Below are positions 25,450 to 32,000 of a DNA stretch of 32,000 nucleotides, one piece after another. This stretch comes from Zavarzinia marina. GTDB lineage: Bacteria > Pseudomonadota > Alphaproteobacteria > Zavarziniales > Zavarziniaceae. A model generated the notes under the pieces. That model saw only the letters and a program-made list of their open reading frames with translations, ran no database searches and had not been told where the DNA came from. The position numbers and the translations under genes were made by a program. Position 1 is the stretch's first letter. Each line of letters begins with the position of its first letter. The stretch covers positions 1,091,639 through 1,123,638 of the forward strand of contig NZ_JAKGSB010000001.1 of assembly GCF_021568905.1 (NCBI RefSeq), read 5' to 3'.

Positions 25450-25463
25450 TCTAGACGACTAGA
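25450..25463. promoter_or_regulatory. Second candidate PhnF operator, TCTAGACGACTAGA (the reverse complement of site 1).
   Basis: An exact 14-nt match to 24616-24629 on the opposite strand. It overlaps a TAGAAT -10-like hexamer (25460-25465) and lies 218 nt upstream of the second phnM. Confidence 0.5.
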
Positions 25464-25680
25464 ATGATGATTTGATGACACATGGGTGAACCATCGGCTT
25501 CAAAACATGGATGTCATACGCCAAACATCCATATTCATCGAGATCTTTCAATGCGTTAACGGCATATCAAAGTTGACGCATGGGTGCGTACCGACACGCG
25601 AAAGTCACGCGATCTGTAACCACCCTGCAATCCAACGTCGCTAGGCTCGGGCGACGAACATCAACGGAGCGGACACGCCG

Positions 25681-26844
25681 ATGCGCGTCGAAATCAGGGG
25701 GGGCCGCATTCTCTGGCCCGACGGAACGATCGAGGAAGGATCGCTCGCCATCGAGGGCGGGCGCATTGCCGGGCCCACGCGGGCGACCGGCTTTTCGGCG
25801 TTCCGCGTGATCGACGCCAGCGGCCTGCTGGTCCTGCCCGGCATCGTCGACCTGCACGGCGATGCCTTCGAGCGCCAGATCATGCCGCGTCCCGGCGTCG
25901 AAGTGTCGCTCGGCGTCGCATTGCAGGAGACCGACCTGCAGATCGTCGGCAACGGCATCACCACCGCCTTCCATGCCGTCACCTGGTCGTGGGAACCGGG
26001 CCTTCGCGGCCGCGACATGGCGCATCGCCTGAAGGAAACCCTGACCGACATGCGCGGCCGCCTGTCCGCCGACACCCATATCCACCTGCGCCACGAGACC
26101 TTCAATCTCGATGCGGAAACCGAGATCCTGCAATGGCTGCGTGAGGGCAGCGTCCGCCTGCTGGCCTTCAACGACCATACGCCGTCGCTTCACAAGCTGC
26201 TGGGCCAGCCCGCCAAGCTGCACAAATACGCGGAGCGGGCGAAAATGCCGGTCGACGACTTCGAGGACCTTCTGGCCCGCGTCTGGGCCCGGCGCAGCGA
26301 GGTGCCGGCATCCATCCGCCGCCTCGCCCGGGCCGCCGCGGAGGCGCGCGTCGCCGCCGCCTCCCACGACGACATGAACGGGGCACAGCGCCTGTCCTTC
26401 CACCAGATGGGCTGCGCCATCAGCGAGTTCCCGATGACCGAGGACGCGGCGGAACAGGCCCGCGACCTGGGCGATCCCATCGTCCTCGGCGCGCCCAACG
26501 TCATGCGCGGCGGCAGCCACAACGGCGCGATCGCCGCCGCCCCCATGGTGGCGCGCGGCATGTGTCAGGTCCTGGCGTCCGACTATTATTATCCGTCGCT
26601 GCTGCATGCCGCCTTCCGTCTGGCGCGGGACGGCGTCCTGCCCTTCGCCGAAGCCTGGGCACTGATCTCCGCCAACCCGGCCCAGGCCGCCGGCATGACC
26701 GACCGGGGCGCGATCCGCCCCGGCGCGAGGGCCGATTTCGTGCTGGTGGACGACGAACACCCCGCCCTGCCCCGCGTCGCCGCGACCGTGGTCGCCGGGC
26801 GCCCGGTGTTCCAGGCCAACCGTCACCTCGTTTCGGGTTTCTGA
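25681..26844 (+). CDS. PhnM-like amidohydrolase (second paralogue).
   Basis: 387 aa. Contains [14 protein letters not shown] and ASHDD blocks collinear with the operon-encoded PhnM (PGLVDLHTDNIEKH, ASHDD), plus SDYYYPSLL versus SDYVPASML. Confidence 0.75.
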   Translation: MRVEIRGGRILWPDGTIEEGSLAIEGGRIAGPTRATGFSAFRVIDASGLLVLPGIVDLHGDAFERQIMPRPGVEVSLGVALQETDLQIVGNGITTAFHAVTWSWEPGLRGRDMAHRLKETLTDMRGRLSADTHIHLRHETFNLDAETEILQWLREGSVRLLAFNDHTPSLHKLLGQPAKLHKYAERAKMPVDDFEDLLARVWARRSEVPASIRRLARAAAEARVAAASHDDMNGAQRLSFHQMGCAISEFPMTEDAAEQARDLGDPIVLGAPNVMRGGSHNGAIAAAPMVARGMCQVLASDYYYPSLLHAAFRLARDGVLPFAEAWALISANPAQAAGMTDRGAIRPGARADFVLVDDEHPALPRVAATVVAGRPVFQANRHLVSGF

Positions 26845-26909
26845 GGCGCCCTGGCGAGCTGTGGCCGGCATCACAGACGCGGGCGGTTCGCCCCCGTCAT
26901 GATGGCGCC

Positions 26910-27236
26910 ATGACCATCAGCTACTTCGGCCACAGCGCCCTGCCGCGCCGGCAAACCCAGGACCTGATCGACGCGCTGCGCCGTCGGAACGGCGATCTGT
27001 TCGTCACGCGCTTCCATCTGCACGACGCCACGCCCCTCGGCCCTTTCGGTGCCGAGATCGCCCGCGATTTCGGTATCGAGGCGCGCAGCCGTTTCATGAT
27101 CGCGGTCACCGACAAGGAACGCCTGGACGGACTCGACGACGCACTCGACCGGATCTACCGCGCCTTCGGCGCCGGCCGGCTGATCATCAGCTGGGAACTG
27201 GATAGGGTCCGGCCGCCCTACCAGACGAACTCATAG
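26910..27236 (+). CDS. Hypothetical protein (108 aa); no family recognised.
   Basis: I chose the internal ATG at 26910 (MTISYFGHSAL...) as the start. The longer track ORF overlaps phnM2 and its extension is Arg/Pro-rich. The 3' end overlaps the convergent gene by 19 nt. Confidence 0.4.
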   Translation: MTISYFGHSALPRRQTQDLIDALRRRNGDLFVTRFHLHDATPLGPFGAEIARDFGIEARSRFMIAVTDKERLDGLDDALDRIYRAFGAGRLIISWELDRVRPPYQTNS

Positions 27237-27742
27237 CGCGCAGGCATCGTAATCCGCATGAGTTGGACGCCCAGCGCCTCCGGAATCGGGGGAAGCTCGG
27301 TGCCGCAATAGGCCTTGCCGGTATAATCGTCGAGCGACTGCGTGCCGCTGGAATGCATCATCTCGCACGACGTGATGTCGCCCGACTGCGCCACCATGAT
27401 TTCGTACACCACGGTACCCGAGGCGCGCATGATCGCGCTGCGGGGCGGATACCTCGTGGCCTCGTCGAAACGGTCGATCACCGCCTCGGTCCATTCGTCG
27501 AAGATTTTTTCCGCCTCTTCGTCGGAGACCAAAATCTTCTCGGCTTCCACCGCTTCGAAATAGACCCTGCCGGCTTCGAAAAACGCCTTCTCCTCTTCAG
27601 CCATTGGCTGGAGGGAAGAGGCGGCGACGGCCTTGGTCGGATCCTGATGGTCGCCCTTGACGACCGGCGGCTTGCCCTGGCACGCGGCGACCAGAAGCAA
27701 GGGAAGAAGGGGCGCGACCGCCCGCATGCGATTCATCCACAT
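27218..27742 (-). CDS. Putative lipoprotein with a TonB-C-terminal-like domain.
   Basis: The signal peptide and lipobox read M(W)MNRMRAVAPLLPLLLVAAC. An acidic helical linker follows. The C-terminal block YPPRSAIMRASGTVVYEIMVAQSGDITSCEMMHSSGTQSLDD resembles the TonB_C fold. Three ATGs (27742, 27736, 27727) are possible starts. Confidence 0.5.
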   Translation of the reverse strand: MWMNRMRAVAPLLPLLLVAACQGKPPVVKGDHQDPTKAVAASSLQPMAEEEKAFFEAGRVYFEAVEAEKILVSDEEAEKIFDEWTEAVIDRFDEATRYPPRSAIMRASGTVVYEIMVAQSGDITSCEMMHSSGTQSLDDYTGKAYCGTELPPIPEALGVQLMRITMPARYEFVW

Positions 27743-27811
27743 GCGAGCATCATACACGCTTGGAACATCCTTAAATAGAACGGAAGCCGCCGGCGACAGC
27801 GGCATTTCGTC

Positions 27812-29365
27812 TTATTCGGCCGCTTTCGCCGGCGCCGGCGGCGTCCAGCGCAGGATGGGTTTGCGCGCCGCCGCCGTCTCGTCCAGGCGGCGGCGGGGAG
27901 CGTAATGAGGCGCGCCGGCGAAGCGTTCCGTCTCGCCCGCCTTCGCCGCCTCGGCCAGCGTGCGCATCACGGCGATGAAGGCATCCAGGCTCTCCCGGCT
28001 CTCGCTTTCCGTCGGCTCGATCAGCATGGCGCCATGGACGACCAGGGGGAAATACATGGTCATCGGGTGGTAACCCTCGTCGATCATCGCCTTGGCGAAA
28101 TCGAGGGTGGTCACCCCCGTATCCTTCAGGAAGCGATCGTCGAACAGCGCCTCGTGCATGCAGGGGCCGTCGAAGCTCGGCGTCATCACGTCCGACAGGC
28201 GGGCCTGGATGTAATTGGCCGCCAGCACCGCGTCCGAGGCCGCCTGGGCGAGACCATCCCCGCCGTGGCTCATCATATAGGCGAGGGCGCGGACGAACAT
28301 GCCCATCTGACCGTGGAAGGCGGCCATGCGCCCGAAACTCTGCCCCGCCGCGTCCTCGAGCAGGGCATAGCCGTCCGCCGTCCCGACCACCCAAGGCAAG
28401 GGCGCGAAGGGCGCCAGGGCTTCGGACAGGACCACCGGCCCCGCCCCCGGCCCACCGCCGCCATGGGGCGTGGAAAAAGTCTTGTGCAGGTTGATGTGCA
28501 TGGCGTCGACGCCCAGATCGCCCGGCCGCACGCGCCCGACGATGGCGTTGAAATTGGCCCCGTCGCAATAGAAGAAGCCGCCGACGCCATGAACGGCCTC
28601 GGCAATCTCCATGATCTCGCGCTCGAACAGCCCGCAGGTATTGGGATTGGTCAGCATGATCGCGGCGACGTCGGGGCCGAGCTTCGCCTTGAGGGCGGCG
28701 AGATCGACGCGGCCGTCGGCCGTTCCCGGCACGGGATCGACCTTGAAGCCGCAATAGGCGGCGGTCGCCGGGTTGGTGCCATGGGCGCTTTCCGGCACCA
28801 GGATGCGGGTGCGGCTCTCGCCCTCGCCCCGCGCCACCAGGGCGGCGCGGATCGCCATGATGCCGCAAAGCTCGCCATGGGCGCCGGCCTTGGGGCTCAT
28901 GGCGACCGCCGGCATGCCGGTCAGCACCATCAGCCAATGGGCGAGCGTGCCCATGAGTTCGACCGCGCCCCGGGTGGTCGAGGCCGGCGCCAGCGGATGC
29001 AGATCGGCGAGGCCCGGCAGGCGCGCCAGCTTCTCGTTCAGGCGCGGGTTGTGCTTCATGGTGCAGGAGCCGAGCGGATAGAGCCCCATGTCGATCGCAT
29101 AATTCCGCCGCGACAGACGCACGTAGTGCCGGACCACCTGGGGTTCCGACAGGCCGGGCAGGGCGATGGCCGCCTTTCGCGCCAGGCCGCCCAGACGGTT
29201 TTCCACCGCCGGCACCTCGGGCAGATCGACGCCCGAGCGCCCGTCCTGCCCCAGTTCGAAGATCAGCGGTTCCTCGTGATCGAGGCCCCGGTGCCCCAGC
29301 ACGGTCCGCACCGGCGCCGCTGCCGCATCGCCCGGCGCCGTGGCCCTTCCCTGACGGTTCATCAT
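27812..29365 (-). CDS. gcvPB: Glycine dehydrogenase (decarboxylating) subunit 2.
   Basis: 517 aa. Contains the PLP-lysine block [16 protein letters not shown]. It overlaps gcvPA by 4 nt. Confidence 0.93.
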   Translation of the reverse strand: MMNRQGRATAPGDAAAAPVRTVLGHRGLDHEEPLIFELGQDGRSGVDLPEVPAVENRLGGLARKAAIALPGLSEPQVVRHYVRLSRRNYAIDMGLYPLGSCTMKHNPRLNEKLARLPGLADLHPLAPASTTRGAVELMGTLAHWLMVLTGMPAVAMSPKAGAHGELCGIMAIRAALVARGEGESRTRILVPESAHGTNPATAAYCGFKVDPVPGTADGRVDLAALKAKLGPDVAAIMLTNPNTCGLFEREIMEIAEAVHGVGGFFYCDGANFNAIVGRVRPGDLGVDAMHINLHKTFSTPHGGGGPGAGPVVLSEALAPFAPLPWVVGTADGYALLEDAAGQSFGRMAAFHGQMGMFVRALAYMMSHGGDGLAQAASDAVLAANYIQARLSDVMTPSFDGPCMHEALFDDRFLKDTGVTTLDFAKAMIDEGYHPMTMYFPLVVHGAMLIEPTESESRESLDAFIAVMRTLAEAAKAGETERFAGAPHYAPRRRLDETAAARKPILRWTPPAPAKAAE

Positions 29366-30708
29366 GCCAGCACCTCGGCGAGCGCGGCGGCGAAGGCTTC
29401 GATCTCCGCCGGCGTGTTGGTTTCCGTGACGGCGACCAGAAGATGGTTCGCCAGTTCCGCCCGTCCGGGCCAGAGGCGCGCCCCCGGCACCCCGGCCAGG
29501 ATGCCCCGGGCCACCAGGGCCTCCACCACCGGGGCTGCATCCGTCGGCAGCTTCAGGGTGAATTCGTTGAAGAAGGCGCCGTTCAGCACCGTAACCCCGG
29601 GCACGGCGGCGAGCCTGTCGGCCGCCCGCACCGCGCGGGCGTGGTTGAGCGCGGCAAGCCTGGTCAGCCCCGCCTCCCCCAGGAGGGAGAGATGGATGGT
29701 GAAGGCGAGCGAACAGAGGCCCGAATTGGTGCAGATGTTCGATGTCGCCTTCTCGCGCCTGATGTGCTGCTCCCGGGTCGAGAGGGTGAGCACATAACCC
29801 CGCCGCCCCTCCGCATCCACGGTCTCGCCGCAGAGCCGGCCGGGCATCTGGCGGACGTATTTGGCGCGGGCGGCGAAGAGGCCGAGATAGGGCCCGCCCC
29901 AGTTGAGACCGACGCCCAGGCCCTGCCCCTCGCCGACCACGATGTCGGCGCCCATCTCGCCCGGCGGCACCAGCGCGCCCAGCGCCACCACCTCGGTCAC
30001 GGCGACCACCAGCAGCGTACCCGCCGCCCGCGCACTCTCCGCCAGGGCGGAGAAATCGCGGACATGGCCGAAGACGTCCGGATATTGCACGACGACGCAG
30101 GCGGTGGCGCCGTCGACGGCGTGCACCAGATCCTCCCCACCTTCGGGGCTGGGTGCCGCCTGCACGATCTCGGTCTCATGCAGGGCGCCCAGGGTCTTCA
30201 CCACCTCGGCGTAATGCGGGTGCAGATTGCCGGACAGCACCACGCGCTTTCGCCCGGTGATGCGGCGCGCCATCTCGACCGCCTCGGCGCAGGCGGTCGA
30301 GCCGTCGTACATGGAGGCATTGGCCACTTCCATGCCCGTCAGCAGCGCCACCTGGGTCTGGAACTCGAAGAGATACTGCAGCGTGCCCTGCGCGATTTCC
30401 GGCTGATAGGGCGTATAGGAGGTCAGGAATTCCGAACGCTGGATCAGATGGTCGACCGCCGCCGGAATGTGATGACGATAGGCGCCGGCCCCCAGGAAGG
30501 ACGCCAGTTCGCCCGAATGCCGGTTCTTCGCCGCCATGGCGGCGATCGCCTTCTCGACCTCCCATTCGCCCTGATGGGCGGGCAGGTCGACGGGCCCGGA
30601 AAGCCGGGCCGCCGGGGGCACGTCACGAAACAGATCGTCGACGGTGGCGACGCCGATCGCCGCCAGCATCTCGGCCCGGTCGGCCCCGGTCAGGGGAAGG
30701 TAACGCAT
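29362..30708 (-). CDS. gcvPA: Glycine dehydrogenase (decarboxylating) subunit 1.
   Basis: 448 aa. It starts MRYLPLT, and contains [12 protein letters not shown] and TPYQPEISQG-type ([13 protein letters not shown]) blocks. Confidence 0.93.
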   Translation of the reverse strand: MRYLPLTGADRAEMLAAIGVATVDDLFRDVPPAARLSGPVDLPAHQGEWEVEKAIAAMAAKNRHSGELASFLGAGAYRHHIPAAVDHLIQRSEFLTSYTPYQPEIAQGTLQYLFEFQTQVALLTGMEVANASMYDGSTACAEAVEMARRITGRKRVVLSGNLHPHYAEVVKTLGALHETEIVQAAPSPEGGEDLVHAVDGATACVVVQYPDVFGHVRDFSALAESARAAGTLLVVAVTEVVALGALVPPGEMGADIVVGEGQGLGVGLNWGGPYLGLFAARAKYVRQMPGRLCGETVDAEGRRGYVLTLSTREQHIRREKATSNICTNSGLCSLAFTIHLSLLGEAGLTRLAALNHARAVRAADRLAAVPGVTVLNGAFFNEFTLKLPTDAAPVVEALVARGILAGVPGARLWPGRAELANHLLVAVTETNTPAEIEAFAAALAEVLA

Positions 30709-30720
30709 GGCAACTCCACC

Positions 30721-31095
30721 TCAGTCGAGCGACGCGACATAGTCCTTATAGGCGGCGGCATCCATCAGGCCGTCCAGTTCGGCGAGGTCGGACAGTTCGA
30801 CCTCGAAGAACCAGCCGTCGCCTTCCGGCGAGGAATTGACCAGCGACGGCTCGGCCTCCAGATGCGCGTTCGAGGCCGTGACCTTGCCCGTCACGGGGGC
30901 GAAGACTTCCGAGGCCGCCTTGACGGATTCGACCACGGCCGCCTCGCCGCCCTTCTCCAGCAGAACCCCGGCCGCCGGCAGGTCGACGAAGACGACGTCG
31001 CCCAATTGGCCCTGCGCATAATCGGTGATGCCGACGCGGCCGGTGCTACCGGTGACGGCGATCCATTCGTGATCCTCGGTGTATTTGACGGTCAT
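30721..31095 (-). CDS. gcvH: Glycine cleavage system H protein.
   Basis: 124 aa. Contains YTEDHEW and the lipoyl-lysine motif VESVKAASEV. Confidence 0.93.
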   Translation of the reverse strand: MTVKYTEDHEWIAVTGSTGRVGITDYAQGQLGDVVFVDLPAAGVLLEKGGEAAVVESVKAASEVFAPVTGKVTASNAHLEAEPSLVNSSPEGDGWFFEVELSDLAELDGLMDAAAYKDYVASLD

Positions 31096-31124
31096 GACGG
31101 TCTCTCGGGGCTTGGCATCGTGTT

Positions 31125-32000
31125 TCAGGGCTTGGCGTAGCGATGCGGGGTGAAGGGAAGCGTGGCGACTTCGGCCGGCAGCGGCTTGCCCCGGACGAGA
31201 AGGTCGATCCTGGTGCCGGGCGCGGCATATGCGGGCGGGACATAGCCCATGGCGACCGGCCCTTCGACCGACGGCCCGAAGCCGCCCGAGGTGACGATGC
31301 CGATCTCGGGTCCGCCGTCGGGCGCGGCGATCGCCACGCCTTCCCGCGCCGGTGCCCGGCCGAGGGGACGGATGCCGACACGCTTGCGCGAAACGCCGTC
31401 CTTCAGCGCGGCGAGGACCCGGGCCGCGCCCGGAAAATCCGCCGCCGCGCGCCGGCGCTTCGGCACGGTCCAGGCGAGCGAGGCTTCGATCGGATCGGTC
31501 GTCGTGTCGATGTCGTGACCGTAGAGGCAGAGCCCGGCTTCGAGCCGCAGGCTGTCCCGCGCGCCGAGACCGATCGGCGACGCCCCCGCGCCGAGGAGCG
31601 CCCGGGCGAGGTCGACGGCGCGCCCGGCCGGCACCGAAATCTCGAAACCGTCCTCGCCGGTATAGCCGGAGCGCGAGAGGAGACAGGGCACGCCCGCGAT
31701 CTCGACCGGCGCCGCCGTCATGAAGGTGAGGTCGAGGGCGGCGGGGCCGAGCCCCCGCATGATCGCCGCCGCCCCCGGCCCCTGCAGGGCGAGAAGGGCG
31801 CGATCGTCGAGCCGGGTGAGCGTCGCCCGGCCCGCCAGCCTTTCGGCGATATGGGCGAAGTCCTGATCCTTGCAGGCGGCATTGACGACCAGGAACAGGC
31901 GGCTGCCGTCCGTATCGTCCACCGGCCGCGTCACCATCAGATCGTCCAGAATGCCGCCGTCTTCCGCCATCAGGAGGGTGTAGCGGATCTGCCCCGGTTT
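31125..32000 (-). CDS. gcvT: Aminomethyltransferase, glycine cleavage T protein. It is partial, with the N-terminus off the window.
   Basis: The frame stays open to the window edge (…KPGQIRYTLLMAEDGGILDDLMV…). The C-terminal PFTPHRY(AKP) motif is typical of GcvT. Confidence 0.9.
   Translation of the reverse strand, partial: KPGQIRYTLLMAEDGGILDDLMVTRPVDDTDGSRLFLVVNAACKDQDFAHIAERLAGRATLTRLDDRALLALQGPGAAAIMRGLGPAALDLTFMTAAPVEIAGVPCLLSRSGYTGEDGFEISVPAGRAVDLARALLGAGASPIGLGARDSLRLEAGLCLYGHDIDTTTDPIEASLAWTVPKRRRAAADFPGAARVLAALKDGVSRKRVGIRPLGRAPAREGVAIAAPDGGPEIGIVTSGGFGPSVEGPVAMGYVPPAYAAPGTRIDLLVRGKPLPAEVATLPFTPHRYAKP

Noticed and set aside
1-32000. CRISPR arrays, tandem repeats, IS elements, toxin-antitoxin or known defence-system gene sets.
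   Set aside because: I recognised none while reading both strands. Apart from the REP-like pair and the PhnF-box pair, there is no regularly spaced repeat structure. No nuclease, helicase or ATPase combinations typical of defence islands are present.

Overview
This is a high-GC (roughly two-thirds G+C by eye, not computed) bacterial chromosomal segment. Its gene content looks alphaproteobacterial: a split gcvPA/gcvPB, DUF1045 in a phn operon, a ChrR anti-sigma factor, and REP-like 'VIPAKAGI' hairpins. All product calls come from motifs I recognise in the supplied translations. No database search was possible.

Gene order, left to right:
- A partial TolC-like outer-membrane gene.
- A pcm-rhodanese operon.
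- tRNA-Cys and tRNA-Asn.
- A MAPEG gene.
- A photolyase / FAD-oxidoreductase / DUF1365 / CFA-synthase-like operon chained by three ATGA overlaps, followed by a GPH/MFS transporter.
- A convergent chrR-SnoaL-like operon.
- A tiny Gly-zipper lipoprotein.
- NUDIX, cysK-like, sseA and GNAT genes.
- A divergent TetR / MpaB(DUF2236) pair.
- A UbiH-family monooxygenase and a family-IV esterase.
- A C-P lyase operon, phnGHIJKLM-DUF1045, with divergent phnF and a second stand-alone phnM paralogue.
- Two small, poorly characterised genes.
- The gcvT-H-PA-PB glycine cleavage operon.

No transposase, integrase, CRISPR array or obvious defence system was seen.

The most notable sequence-level observations are:
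1. The motif (T/G)GATCC-N16-CGTAT occurs exactly upstream of both the photolyase operon and chrR. This fits the sigma-E/ChrR singlet-oxygen regulon, yet no ECF sigma gene accompanies chrR.
2. An identical 14-nt near-palindrome (TCTAGTCGTCTAGA) flanks phnF in opposite orientations. It is a candidate PhnF operator pair.
3. An unusually AT-rich leader of about 215 nt precedes the second phnM.
4. A perfect 20-bp palindrome lies upstream of tolC.

I did not find a convincing wholly novel multi-gene system. The findings are regulatory and organisational oddities in a mostly ordinary core-metabolism region.
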